Assembly: GCA_963793265.1 (NCBI GenBank)
Contig: CAWBZI010000004.1
Coordinates: forward strand, 640,001 to 704,000
Length of the DNA stretch: 64,000 nucleotides
Source of the DNA: an uncultured cyanobacterium
Lineage (GTDB): Bacteria; Cyanobacteriota; Cyanobacteriia; Phormidesmidales; Phormidesmidaceae
Direction of reading: 5' to 3'
Each line of letters starts with the position of its first letter. Positions within the stretch are counted from its first letter, which is position 1. Below, one piece after another: positions 21,288 to 31,673 of the stretch. The notes under the pieces are model-generated. The model saw only the letters and a program-made list of their open reading frames with translations, did no database searches and had not been told where the DNA came from. The translations under genes and the position numbers were made by a program.

Positions 21288-21488
21288 AAACTTAGCCTTC
21301 TAATAAGAAGGTAAATAAAGAGGGAAATTACAGCCAAAATCTAATTTACCGCTCTGTCTAACTCGTCACGTCCTCCCTAAGAAGGAGCTGTTTGATATAG
21401 AGAAATAAGCAACAAAACAAACATATATATCAGGTCTGCCAAAGTGCTTTAATAGCGAGTGGTAAGCATCAGCCAAAGGCAAGATTTT

Positions 21489-21884
21489 ATGACAGGCGAA
21501 ACAAAACTTAGCACCCTACTACGGTCAATGCAGCCTGTTCGCCAGTCAGGGGAGTATGTTTTTTGTACGATTGCCCCCGAAAGCAAACTACCGCAGGATA
21601 TAGATCTCATCGGCTGGTTTCGAGAAGATGAAGGAACAACCGTTATTCTTTCGCGGCCGGAAGCAGATGCTTATGATCTCGACTATTCCTCTGTTTTTTG
21701 TATGATTACGCTCTCGGTGCACTCTAGCCTGGAGGCGGTCGGCTTTTTGGCTGCGATTACTCAGAAGCTTGCTCAACACGACATTAGCGTTAACCCTATT
21801 TCTGCCTACTATCACGATCACCTGTTTGTTCTCGCCTCAAAGGCAGACGATACGATGGCACTATTAAAAGACTTTGCAAACTGA
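21489..21884 (+). CDS. ACT-domain protein (DUF2241 type)
   Basis: MTGET.L..LL.SM.P, ITLSVHSSLEAVG, YYHDHLFV. Confidence 0.85.
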   Translation: MTGETKLSTLLRSMQPVRQSGEYVFCTIAPESKLPQDIDLIGWFREDEGTTVILSRPEADAYDLDYSSVFCMITLSVHSSLEAVGFLAAITQKLAQHDISVNPISAYYHDHLFVLASKADDTMALLKDFAN

Positions 21885-21909
21885 ACGCTAACTTCGTAGC
21901 AATATAACA

Positions 21910-22539
21910 ATGCCTAATCTTACCTGCGCCAAGCTCCTTTCATCTCATTCTGAAGCCTGGCAGGCTGCAACGGTTCATCCCTTCTTACAGCAGTGTCAGC
22001 AAGGCACTATTGAGCCTTCTCAGTTCAATACCTGGCTGGTTCAAGACTATTTGTTTGTCGTCGAATTCACCCGGCTAGCAGCTTCACTTTTGTCGGCAGC
22101 GCCGGTAGGCCACTTCGACACGTTGCTGAGCGGCTTAGGCGCAATCAAAGACGAGCTGCTTTGGTTTCGAGCTAAGGCAGATGAGCGATCGCTTACCCTT
22201 TCTGCCCCACCTCAGCCCGCCTGCTGGGACTACTGCGAATTTATGCGATCGCTCACCTCCCAATCCTACGCCGTGCAAGCCACCGCCTTTTGGGCTATTG
22301 AACTTGCCTACAATCAGGGCTGGCAAACCCATAGCCCCATGCCCGAGCCCTACACAGAATTTGCCGATCGCTGGGGCAATCCTGGCTTTACGGACTATGT
22401 AAAGGTGCTTGAGCAGCAGGCTGATAGTGCGCTAGCCAATATTAATGAGTCTGAGAAATCGCTGCTAGAAAAAACCTTTCTGGAAGTAGCGAGGCTTGAG
22501 AAAGACTTTTGGCAAATGGCGTTTGCGGCTGATAAGTAA
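21910..22539 (+). CDS. TenA/THI-4 family protein (thiaminase II-like)
   Basis: W..AT.HPFL, WLVQDYLFV, E..FWQMA. Confidence 0.8.
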   Translation: MPNLTCAKLLSSHSEAWQAATVHPFLQQCQQGTIEPSQFNTWLVQDYLFVVEFTRLAASLLSAAPVGHFDTLLSGLGAIKDELLWFRAKADERSLTLSAPPQPACWDYCEFMRSLTSQSYAVQATAFWAIELAYNQGWQTHSPMPEPYTEFADRWGNPGFTDYVKVLEQQADSALANINESEKSLLEKTFLEVARLEKDFWQMAFAADK

Positions 22540-22559
22540 GTCATGAGTTCTGGTGATGG

Positions 22560-24359
22560 CTATGGTGAGGCGGCTGGTTGCGATCGCGAAAAAATCCGAA
22601 TGCTACTGCGATCATTTATCGCCAACCATACTCCGTCGCTGCTAAAAACAGCATCCGTCACATAGCTATCTAGCCGGGTGACAGCCTGCGTTTGAGTATT
22701 TAGCAAGCGAGTACCCGCAACATCACCTCTCATAAAGTAGTAAACGCCGTCTGGGCTAAGAATATGAATGCCGTCCTGTCGGTCAGTGCCTGCAAGTGCG
22801 GTGACTTGCGAAATTCGTTCTCTTGTTTTTGGATTAAAGGTGTTGAGGCGGGTATCGTATAGGTCATTGTTTTCGAGGATTCTCAACGCGCCTGTTGGGG
22901 TGAAACTCATAGCCGCTAAGCGAAGCTGATCGTCTTCGCCGCGAAGGGTAAAGACGCGATCGCCTTCATCTAGCTGCCATAGATCGACAACAGGTTCTCC
23001 TTTGCGGTTCGTATTAGGCAAAACATTGCTTCTAGCCGCGAGTAGTCTGCCGTCTGGACTAATCGAAAAGTCTTGAATATCGGCACCTTCGGTCGGCGTT
23101 AGCGTGGAGATAATGCTGCTAATATCTTCGCCATGAAACTGAAGCTGACTTGCTCCCGGCCCTTCAGCGGTATCTTCTCCTAGCTTTACGTAGCTCAGCA
23201 CCGCGTAGCTATTGGCCCTAAAAGCAACTTTGGCTCGAACAGGCGCAAATCCTGGTTCTACTGGCGAGTTGGAGGTTAATAGCTGCCGCGCGCCTAATGG
23301 TTCACGAACCAGAGACGCTTCAGAATTGACGTTCCAAACCCATAGCTCAAGGCCATAGCCGGGTTTGGTTTGAACAATTGCGGCTACTTTTTGAGCATCT
23401 GCACTGAGCGCGATCGCTTCTGCCCGTACGTTTTCTCCAAACACCTTCTCGGCAACCTGTTCGCCTGTGAGGATATTCCAAATTTGAACGCGATCGCCCG
23501 CCGCCGATAAAGTAGCCAGACGCTGCCTGGCTCTATCGTTATAATTGCTGAGCGCTATCTGTCGGGCCTCGCTAGGAATGAACGCGATTGGCGTTTGTTG
23601 CCACGAAGAGGCGGGCAGCACTTCGTAAGGAGAACGCACTGAAGCGTTGGCCTGTCCTTTTTTTACTAATGCTCTGTACACAAACGCGGCGACTTCTGCG
23701 CGGGTCGCTCTGCGGTTGGGCTCTAGCTGATTAAGAACGGGATGATTTACGACTAATCCGTTGAGAGAAGCTGCTGCTGCTTTTTCACGCGCGTAGTTTG
23801 GAATTTCGCTCACGTCTTTGTAGTACAACAACATTTCTGAGGCATCAGCGGTGTAGTTCAATCCGCTGGCTAAAGAAACAAGCGCCTGAATGCGGGGAAT
23901 GTTTTGTTCTGGGGCAAAGCGGTTTCCAGGATAGCCAGAAAGAAAGCCAGATGATCGGGCCTGAGTGATCGCCTCAGCGGCCCAGTAGTTCTCTTGCACG
24001 TCTGTGAAGGGCCGGGCCTCGGGTGGAATAATAGTCGGCAGCTCTGAGCGCAAAAAAGCCTGGCGCAGCATGGCAGCAAATTGGGCGCGGGTCACGGGCG
24101 CGTTGGGGCGGAAGGTGCCGTCAGGAAACCCTGAGATGATATTGAGATCAGCGAGTGCTTCGATGTAGCTTTTGGCCCAATAGTTAGGGCTGATGTCTTT
24201 AAAGACGATGGGTTCAGAGATGACGGGGATGGGAATGGGTTCTATATTAGGCTGGGCGATCGCGCTAGGCCGTAACGAGTAGGCGAGCCCTAGCCCTAAG
24301 CTACTCACGATACATAAGGCAACTTTGAACCCAAACTTTGACTTCAGATGCACTGCCAT
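22560..24359 (-). CDS. Exported protein with three SLH domains and a WD40-like beta-propeller
   Basis: FKDISPNYWA..ISGFPDGTFRPNAPVTRAQFA; later ISPDG/LSPDG/FSSDG repeats; start placed at ATG 24359. Confidence 0.8.
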   Translation of the reverse strand: MAVHLKSKFGFKVALCIVSSLGLGLAYSLRPSAIAQPNIEPIPIPVISEPIVFKDISPNYWAKSYIEALADLNIISGFPDGTFRPNAPVTRAQFAAMLRQAFLRSELPTIIPPEARPFTDVQENYWAAEAITQARSSGFLSGYPGNRFAPEQNIPRIQALVSLASGLNYTADASEMLLYYKDVSEIPNYAREKAAAASLNGLVVNHPVLNQLEPNRRATRAEVAAFVYRALVKKGQANASVRSPYEVLPASSWQQTPIAFIPSEARQIALSNYNDRARQRLATLSAAGDRVQIWNILTGEQVAEKVFGENVRAEAIALSADAQKVAAIVQTKPGYGLELWVWNVNSEASLVREPLGARQLLTSNSPVEPGFAPVRAKVAFRANSYAVLSYVKLGEDTAEGPGASQLQFHGEDISSIISTLTPTEGADIQDFSISPDGRLLAARSNVLPNTNRKGEPVVDLWQLDEGDRVFTLRGEDDQLRLAAMSFTPTGALRILENNDLYDTRLNTFNPKTRERISQVTALAGTDRQDGIHILSPDGVYYFMRGDVAGTRLLNTQTQAVTRLDSYVTDAVFSSDGVWLAINDRSSIRIFSRSQPAASP

Positions 24360-24549
24360 TGCCTTTGAATACCCACTTGAATGTATATGTACGTTTTGGC
24401 CACAAAAGAGTTTAGCCGTTCGAGTCACGACTAGGAAGTGATTTCTATCCGGTTTTTCGTAGACGGCTCGGGTGAAAAAACGTACAAGACGGCCCTACGT
24501 TTGACCCGTTAGACTACTGATTCATAGATAGCTTTGTTGCACCTGCTTT

Positions 24550-25434
24550 ATGAGTCGTCGTAGCCCTACAAAAACAAGCCAGTCAAAATCCGATCCGTCC
24601 GTCGCTGAACCGGCCTCGGAGCAGGTTAAATTTTGGCGCGACCCTGTGCTGCCCGACTTAGAAATGCTGCGCGCCACCTATATTACATATGCCTTTTCAC
24701 GTCACGCTCACGAGGGCTTCGGCATTGCCATCGTAGAATCTGGTGCGATGGCTTTTGACTATCGCGGGCAAACGCACGTGGCTCCGGCGGGCAGCGTGAT
24801 TGTGACACATCCCGGTGAAATGCACACGGGCTCGGCGGCGGTAGAAACAGGGTGGACGTATCGCACATTGCTGCCTGCAATTGACTGGCTACAGCAGGCG
24901 ACGAAAGATTCGGATAGACACTCAGATTCAATCCCTTACTTTTCAACGCCCGTTATCCAAGATAAGCAGCTAAACCGACAGCTCATCTCACTTCACCAAA
25001 CGCTCGAAACCTCTCCTTCTTCACTAGAAAGAGAATCTAGATTTATATGGGAAATGGCGCAGTTGGTGAGCCGGTATGCCAGCGATCGCCCCTCCGCCAA
25101 ACCGCTCGGCAAAGAACACTACGCCGTTCAGCAAGTGCGCGACTATCTACAGGCTCACTACACCACTAATGTTTCTCTTAAGGATCTGGCGAACTTGGTA
25201 AACCTTAACCCTCTAAGGCTTTTGCGCGTGTTTCGTAAGCAAATCGGCATACCGCCTCACGCCTATCTCAACTATGTGCGGGTGCAGCAGGCAAAGCGAC
25301 TGCTGATCGCTGACTGGGCGATTATGGATGCGGCTTTAGAGACTGGATTTACCGATCAAAGTCATTTGCATCGGCACTTTAAGAAAATGGTTGGTGTGAC
25401 CCCAGGACAGTACGCGCGTGGGGTTAAAAAATGA
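24550..25434 (+). CDS. AraC-family transcriptional regulator
   Basis: Cupin HAHE..PGEMHTG; C-terminal [21 protein letters not shown]. Confidence 0.92.
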   Translation: MSRRSPTKTSQSKSDPSVAEPASEQVKFWRDPVLPDLEMLRATYITYAFSRHAHEGFGIAIVESGAMAFDYRGQTHVAPAGSVIVTHPGEMHTGSAAVETGWTYRTLLPAIDWLQQATKDSDRHSDSIPYFSTPVIQDKQLNRQLISLHQTLETSPSSLERESRFIWEMAQLVSRYASDRPSAKPLGKEHYAVQQVRDYLQAHYTTNVSLKDLANLVNLNPLRLLRVFRKQIGIPPHAYLNYVRVQQAKRLLIADWAIMDAALETGFTDQSHLHRHFKKMVGVTPGQYARGVKK

Positions 25435-26174
25435 GATTTGCCGAGAGTGATATGAAAGAAACGAGCCTCCGTAAAACGCGCACGGCTGAATTTTGGACAG
25501 GCGCACGTGATATTTTTCCGCTGATTGTTGGAGCCATTCCGTTCGGCATTATCTTTGGCACGCTGGCTATCAACAACGGACTTTCAGCAGGCGGTACGCT
25601 GGCGATGTCGGCCTTTGTGTTTGCAGGCTCCTCTCAGTTCATCGCCGCTGGCATGATCGCGACCAAAACGGGATGGCTGCTGATTGTCCTCACTGCGTTT
25701 GTGGTGAATCTAAGACATTTGCTGTATGCCGTGAGCCTGGTGCCCTATGTGAAACGTCTGCCGCAACGGTGGAAGGTGCCGCTGGCTTTTTTGCTGACCG
25801 ATGAATCGTTTGCGATCGCAATCAACCGCTATCAAGCACCAGACGATTCGCCGTTCAAGCACTGGTACTACTTCGGGGCAGCAATCACTATGTACACCAA
25901 CTGGTTTTTCTGCACTCTTATCGGCATCACCGCTGGTCAGCTCATTCCTAACGCGGCTACCTGGGGCCTAGACTTTGCGATGTCAGTGACTTTTATCGGC
26001 ATGACTGTCCCCTATGTGAAAAATAAGCCAATGCTCGCAGCGGTGATGGTGGCTGGAGTGGTGGCGATCGCAGCGAATCCACTACCGCACAAAATTGGGC
26101 TGATGCTCGCGGCAATCGCAGGCATGACAGCCGGTGTTTATACCGAAAAGCTTATAGGCAAGCAATACTCATGA
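25431..26174 (+). CDS. azlC: AzlC branched-chain amino-acid exporter permease
   Basis: [22 protein letters not shown]. Confidence 0.9.
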   Translation: MRFAESDMKETSLRKTRTAEFWTGARDIFPLIVGAIPFGIIFGTLAINNGLSAGGTLAMSAFVFAGSSQFIAAGMIATKTGWLLIVLTAFVVNLRHLLYAVSLVPYVKRLPQRWKVPLAFLLTDESFAIAINRYQAPDDSPFKHWYYFGAAITMYTNWFFCTLIGITAGQLIPNAATWGLDFAMSVTFIGMTVPYVKNKPMLAAVMVAGVVAIAANPLPHKIGLMLAAIAGMTAGVYTEKLIGKQYS

Positions 26175-26497
26175 GTGAAATTTTAATTGTCGCTGGCATG
26201 GCGATCGCGACCTTCTCAATTCGCTACGTTATGTTTGGCGCAAGCAGCCGCCTCGCCCTCTCGCCTGCTGTGCTCAGCGCGCTGCGCTACCTGCCGCCTG
26301 TGGTGCTTACAGCGATTGTTGCACCTGAAGTACTGCTAGCGAACGGTCAGCTCGAATTGGGGATTATGAACGCACGGTTCGTGGGTGCGATCGCGGCCAT
26401 TATTGTCAGTGTAACCACGCAGAATTTGCTTCTCACAATTGTATTAGGAATGGCGGTTTTCTTCGGGTGGCAGAGCGTTTTGCCCCTCATAGGCTGA
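26171..26497 (+). CDS. azlD: AzlD exporter small subunit
   Basis: Small hydrophobic protein with [17 protein letters not shown] overlap with azlC. Confidence 0.85.
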   Translation: MSEILIVAGMAIATFSIRYVMFGASSRLALSPAVLSALRYLPPVVLTAIVAPEVLLANGQLELGIMNARFVGAIAAIIVSVTTQNLLLTIVLGMAVFFGWQSVLPLIG

Positions 26498-26607
26498 TAC
26501 AAAAAGTTCACAGGATCGTACGACCATAAACGGTACAATCACGGTTGCAACGTACTTGAAGGGTCTAGCGGTTGCAATGTGTCTGATGCTATTACGGCTT
26601 CAATCCT

Positions 26608-27294
26608 ATGGTTACAAATATTCAGCTCCCAACATGGCGCATTTTAGTGATTGAAGACGATCCGCTGGTGCAGCTAGGCATTGAGCAGGCGCTGATGAGT
26701 CATGAGCAGTTGACCATTATCGACACGATAGACGATGGCTATTTGGCGGTAGAAGCTGCCATAGAACACAAGCCCGATCTGATTTTGATGGACATTGGAC
26801 TCCCCGGATTAGATGGCATTGAAACGACGCGGCGGATTAAAGCGGCGCTGCCTACAGTCAAGGTGGTGATGCTCACGTCCCACACGGCTGAGGCTGAAGT
26901 GATGTCTGCTTTTTCGAGTGGCGCAGAAGCTTATTGTATTAAGGGCAGCAGCTTAGATGTGCTGCTAACTGCGATCGCAACCGTTGCTCAAGACGGTGTT
27001 TATTTAGATGCAAAAGTGGCGCAGGTCGTGGTGGAGTGCTTGAGCGATTTGACTGTAGGTCAGGCGACAGGCCAGGCGTCAGCAGCCTGTGAGTGCATAG
27101 ATTTTGGCCTGTCAGAACGAGAGCTGGATGTTTTGAACCTGCTGGTAGAGGGCTTGAGTAATCCTGAAATTGCAAAGCGGCTGTTTATTAGCACCAATAC
27201 GGTGAAGGCGCACATGCGATCGCTTATGAACAAGCTGATGGCAGGCGATCGCGTCCAAGTAGCGGTAAAAGCATTGAGAGCTGGGCTGGTATGA
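26608..27294 (+). CDS. NarL/FixJ-family response regulator
   Basis: REC (IEDD, MDIGLPGLDG) plus LuxR HTH (LSERELDVL..GLSNPEIA..TVKAH). Confidence 0.92.
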   Translation: MVTNIQLPTWRILVIEDDPLVQLGIEQALMSHEQLTIIDTIDDGYLAVEAAIEHKPDLILMDIGLPGLDGIETTRRIKAALPTVKVVMLTSHTAEAEVMSAFSSGAEAYCIKGSSLDVLLTAIATVAQDGVYLDAKVAQVVVECLSDLTVGQATGQASAACECIDFGLSERELDVLNLLVEGLSNPEIAKRLFISTNTVKAHMRSLMNKLMAGDRVQVAVKALRAGLV

Positions 27295-27302
27295 CGCTGT
27301 AG

Positions 27303-27332
27303 GCCCAAAGTCGCCCAAAGTCGCCCAAAGTC
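27303..27332. repeat. Perfect tandem repeat (GCCCAAAGTC)x3
   Basis: Read directly between the response regulator stop and the next kinase gene. Confidence 0.9.
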
Positions 27333-27446
27333 ATAGATCGCAACTGCATCAAGCGATACTATCCTTAAACATAGACGAAATATAGACACTGCTTATAAAA
27401 CAAACCCATACTTTCTACCTACGCCTCTGAATACACACTGCCTACT

Positions 27447-28817
27447 ATGCTATCTGCCAATCTCGCTGAGCCTGATCTGAACGCGCCTATTGAAGGAGGC
27501 TCTGACGGTGACGATGATTTTCTTGTCTTTGCAGACGAGAACGAGCCAGACGCGACGACAGGCGAGCCGAAAGCCGCTTGGAAGGTCATGCTGATAGACG
27601 ACGAGCCTGCGGTGCACCGGGCGACCAAGGTTGCACTTAAGTTTTTTTCTTTTGAAGATCGGCCCATCAGCTTTGTCTCTGCCTATTCAGCGGCTGAAGC
27701 GCGCGAGCTAATCCAGCATAATCCCGACACGGCCCTGATGCTGCTTGATGTGATTATGGAGACGCAGGATGCGGGCTTGCAGGTTGCCAAATATGTTCGC
27801 GAAGAGCTGGAGAACAAGGCGGTGCGGATTGTGCTAAGAACCGGACAGCCGGGGCAGGTGCCTGAGCAGTCTGTTGTGGTTGACTACGACATTAACGACT
27901 ACAAGACAAAGCTGGAGCTAACGCAGCAAAAGCTGTTTACCACGATGGTATCTGGCCTCAGGGCCTATCGCGATCTGATGGCGCTAGAAGAGAGCCGCGC
28001 CGCGCTAGAAAACTTTAATCAAAACTTAGAGAATATCGTTCATTATCGGACTGAAGCCTTAGAGCACGAGGTAGAAGAGAGAGAAAAAGCTGAAGAAGCT
28101 CTGAAGATTTATATTCACGCGCTCACTCACGACCTGCGCAATCCGGTCACAGGTATGACGAATGTATTGGAGAGCCTGATAAAGATGCGCTTGGCTGATG
28201 AAGATCCGCCGAGCGCCAAGATTCCGCTCTCGGTGCTAGAGCGGATGAACGCAGGGTGCGATCGCCAGCTCAAAATGATCAATACGCTCATCGAAACCCA
28301 CGGTATCGAAATTTGGGGCGTCACTATTCATCGAGAGCCTTTCTCGCTGCTTGAGCTGATTGGATCTGTGGTTGAAGACTGGCAGCTCAGATTTGAGAAA
28401 AAGCGAGTGACGGTTGTGCAGCAGATTGCTCCGGCGTTGCTAACGGGTCGTCAAAACTGGGTGAATGGCGATCGCGCCCAGCTCTGGCGCGTCTTTGAAA
28501 ACCTGTTTGGCAATGCCCTCAAATACAATCCACCAGGCATCACCATCAAGGTGAATGTTCGAGTCAACCCCTCAGGCTATCTACGCTGCACTATCAGCGA
28601 TAGTGGCGTTGGTATTCCTGAGAGTCAGCAGGCGTCTATTTTCGAGCTTTATCAGCGAGGCGTAAGCCAGCGAGGGACAAACGTTCGTCCTACCCAAGGC
28701 TTAGGCTTAGGTCTGTACATTTGCCGCCGGATTGTTGAGGCCCATGATGGCAAAATTGGCGTCGTCAGCCAGCCTGAGCAGGGATCTCAGTTCTGGTTTG
28801 AGCTGCCCCTGGTTTAA
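27447..28817 (+). CDS. Hybrid histidine kinase (REC-HisKA-HATPase)
   Basis: LIDDE/LLDVIME receiver; THDLRNP H-box; NALKY, DSGVGI, GLGLGLY. Confidence 0.9.
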   Translation: MLSANLAEPDLNAPIEGGSDGDDDFLVFADENEPDATTGEPKAAWKVMLIDDEPAVHRATKVALKFFSFEDRPISFVSAYSAAEARELIQHNPDTALMLLDVIMETQDAGLQVAKYVREELENKAVRIVLRTGQPGQVPEQSVVVDYDINDYKTKLELTQQKLFTTMVSGLRAYRDLMALEESRAALENFNQNLENIVHYRTEALEHEVEEREKAEEALKIYIHALTHDLRNPVTGMTNVLESLIKMRLADEDPPSAKIPLSVLERMNAGCDRQLKMINTLIETHGIEIWGVTIHREPFSLLELIGSVVEDWQLRFEKKRVTVVQQIAPALLTGRQNWVNGDRAQLWRVFENLFGNALKYNPPGITIKVNVRVNPSGYLRCTISDSGVGIPESQQASIFELYQRGVSQRGTNVRPTQGLGLGLYICRRIVEAHDGKIGVVSQPEQGSQFWFELPLV

Positions 28818-28821
28818 GCAA

Positions 28822-31671
28822 ATGCGTATGTCTTTTTTTCGCTCATTTCCACTGCTGCGGCTACTGGTCATCGCCACGCTCAGTCAAATTTTAGGTGTAG
28901 TTGGCCTAGTCGGCTATCTCTCATTTAGAAACGGGCAAAAAGCGGTCGAAGACTTAGGCGATCAGCTCATTACGACCATTAACTATCGCGTGGCTCAAGA
29001 GTTAGAAGCCTACCTTTCTATTCCGCTTACGATCAATCACTTGAATGTAGATGCTGCTAAAAGCGGTCTGATAGCGATAGACAATCCACAGCGATTAGAA
29101 TACCGGCTGTGGAATCAGCTCCAAGCGTTTCAATCGGTGAGCTATATCTATGTGAGCAGTCTCGAAGGCGGAAGCCTGGCAGTCGGGCGAAATCAGCAAG
29201 GCGGCTACGTTATCGAACAAACCGAGACTTATCCAAAAGCGGGCGATTATGCTGTTCACACTGCTGATATGCAGGGTAATCGAAAAGAGATTTTAAGAAC
29301 TTTTCCAGATCAAGATGCTCGAAAACGGCCCTGGTTTCAAGCCCCGATTCAAGCGCAGGCGCAAGTTTGGACTGAGCCCTTTAAGTATGTAGGCCGTGAG
29401 TCAGTGATTGCAATCTCGGCATCGAGCCCGCTCTACGATCCAAATGGTGAGCTTCAGGGCATTGCAACGGTAGACTTAGAGCTAGCTCGAATCAGCCGAT
29501 TTCTACGCAATCTGATCCGAGAACCTACCGATCAGATCTTCATCATGGAGCGATCGGGGCGACTGCTAGCGGCTTCCGACTATTCCCCTACAGTCGTTAG
29601 GCAGGGGCAAACGGAGATTATTCAGGCCAGTCAAAGCCCTAACGCGCTCATCCGTCAAACAACTCAGCAGCTAGAGCGCCAGTTCAACAGGTTGACTACC
29701 ATTGAGCAGCAGCGGACGACGATGGTTGTAGATGGCAATTCTTATTTTGTGCAGGTTAACCCCTGGCGAGACAATGTGGGGCTTGACTGGCTAATTGTCG
29801 TGATGGTGCCTGAGTCAAGGCTGATGGCGCAAATTGATGAGAACACTCGGACGACGGTTATTTTGTGTCTGCTGGCGATCGCGCTTTCAACCTTTGTAGC
29901 CACACTCGTCGCCCGCTACATCAGCGCGCCTGTTTTAGAACTTAGTACGGCCAGTCAGCATTTAGCTGAGGCCAGCCGCCAGCAGTTTACCGGCGAGAAG
30001 CTAGCACCCGTGCTAAAAAACCTGAGCATTCGAGAATTTGAGGCGCTGGCGAAAAGCTTTCAACAAATGAGTGAGCAGCTACAGTCCTCTTATACAAAAC
30101 TAGGAGAGTATTCACAGTCTCTAGAAGTGAAGGTGAAAGAGAGAACGCTCGCCCTTGAAGACGAGATTGAGGTGCGCAAGCGGGCAGAGGCGCAAAGCCT
30201 GGAGGCCAAGGAAGCCGCTGAAGTAGCCAATCAGGCGAAGAGTGAATTTTTGGCGAATATGAGTCATGAGCTGCGATCGCCCCTCAACGCGATTCTAGGC
30301 TTTGCTCAAATGATGCAGCAGAGCGCCACCGTGCCTACTGAACATCAGGAGAACGCTACCATCATTGGCCGCAGCGGAGAGCATTTGCTGACGCTAATCA
30401 ACAATGTGCTCGATATGTCAAAAATTGAGGCAGGTCGCACTACTCTAATCTCTACGCCTTTTGATCTGTATCGACTGCTAAACGATTTGCGCAGTATGTT
30501 TTCACTGCGAATGCAAGAAAAACAGCTTGAGCTGAACTTTCACTATGCGCCCGATCTGCCTCCTTATATTGCGACCGACCAGAGTAAGCTTCGTCAGGTT
30601 TTAATCAATCTGCTCAACAACGCCATCAAGTTTACGGCGGCGGGCAGCGTGACATTAGTCTGTACAGAAGAGTCCTGCCAGCAAACTCCGCAGGAGAGTG
30701 TTGCTGTGCTGCGTTTTGACGTGATAGATACCGGGCAAGGCATGACGACGGCTGAATTGGCCCAAGTGTTTGAGCCTTTTGTCCAGACAAAACTGGGCCA
30801 GGCGGCTTCAGAGGGCACGGGGTTAGGATTGCCCATCTGCCGGAACTTTGTGCAGCTTATGGGCGGTGAGCTTACGCTTGAGAGTGAGCAGTCGCAGGGG
30901 ACGAAAGCAACTTTTAGCATTTGCGCGCAGGTTATAGAGAGTTTGGAAGAGCCTGAAGAAATCATAGGCCGAAAGGTGATTGGCCTAATGCCTGGTCAGC
31001 CTAAGTACCGGCTGCTGATAGTGGATGATAAAGGTGATAATCGAAAGCTGTTGAAAAAGCTGCTCTTGCCGCTGGGCTTTGAGCTGAAAGAAGCGTGGAA
31101 TGGTCGAATAGGCGTTGAGACTACTTTAAGCTGGCAGCCGGATTTGATCTGGATGGATATGCGAATGCCGGTGTTAGATGGCTATAAAGCAACGCGGCAG
31201 ATCAGGCGATCGCAGACCGAAGGTGCCCTAAAAAAGGCACCGGTAGTTGTAGCGCTCTCGGCCAGTAGCTTTCGAGAAGAACAAATATCTGCGATCGCCT
31301 CAGGCTGCGACGACTTCATCCAAAAGCCGTTTCGCACAGCCACTATTTTTGAAGCTTTAGCGCGTCATTTAGGCGTCCGCTACCGCTACCAATCTGAAAT
31401 GCTCAAAGATTCTACCGATGATCTGTTGACAGAGACGGTTGAAATCAATATCCAGCAGCTCAAACAGCTACCCTCAAAGCAGCTCAAAGATCTAGAGGCA
31501 GCAGCTCAGCGGCTTCAGTGGAACGAGCTTTTACAGATCATTGCGTCTATTCGTACGGCAGACCAGCGCTTAGCAGATGCGCTTGCTCAGGCTGTTTATG
31601 GCTTTTACTACGAGAGAATTTTAAAGGCGATCGCGCTTGCCCGCAGCGACTCAACAGAACTAGGAGAATAA
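28822..31671 (+). CDS. Membrane hybrid sensor kinase (Cache-HAMP-HisKA-HATPase-REC)
   Basis: Two TM segments, DARKRPWF Cache motif, [27 protein letters not shown]; start placed at ATG 28822. Confidence 0.9.
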   Translation: MRMSFFRSFPLLRLLVIATLSQILGVVGLVGYLSFRNGQKAVEDLGDQLITTINYRVAQELEAYLSIPLTINHLNVDAAKSGLIAIDNPQRLEYRLWNQLQAFQSVSYIYVSSLEGGSLAVGRNQQGGYVIEQTETYPKAGDYAVHTADMQGNRKEILRTFPDQDARKRPWFQAPIQAQAQVWTEPFKYVGRESVIAISASSPLYDPNGELQGIATVDLELARISRFLRNLIREPTDQIFIMERSGRLLAASDYSPTVVRQGQTEIIQASQSPNALIRQTTQQLERQFNRLTTIEQQRTTMVVDGNSYFVQVNPWRDNVGLDWLIVVMVPESRLMAQIDENTRTTVILCLLAIALSTFVATLVARYISAPVLELSTASQHLAEASRQQFTGEKLAPVLKNLSIREFEALAKSFQQMSEQLQSSYTKLGEYSQSLEVKVKERTLALEDEIEVRKRAEAQSLEAKEAAEVANQAKSEFLANMSHELRSPLNAILGFAQMMQQSATVPTEHQENATIIGRSGEHLLTLINNVLDMSKIEAGRTTLISTPFDLYRLLNDLRSMFSLRMQEKQLELNFHYAPDLPPYIATDQSKLRQVLINLLNNAIKFTAAGSVTLVCTEESCQQTPQESVAVLRFDVIDTGQGMTTAELAQVFEPFVQTKLGQAASEGTGLGLPICRNFVQLMGGELTLESEQSQGTKATFSICAQVIESLEEPEEIIGRKVIGLMPGQPKYRLLIVDDKGDNRKLLKKLLLPLGFELKEAWNGRIGVETTLSWQPDLIWMDMRMPVLDGYKATRQIRRSQTEGALKKAPVVVALSASSFREEQISAIASGCDDFIQKPFRTATIFEALARHLGVRYRYQSEMLKDSTDDLLTETVEINIQQLKQLPSKQLKDLEAAAQRLQWNELLQIIASIRTADQRLADALAQAVYGFYYERILKAIALARSDSTELGE

Positions 31672-31673
31672 GT

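Noticed and set aside
27303..27332. Triple 10-mer as a mini CRISPR array
   Set aside because: Units are contiguous with no spacers, far too short, and no cas genes are present
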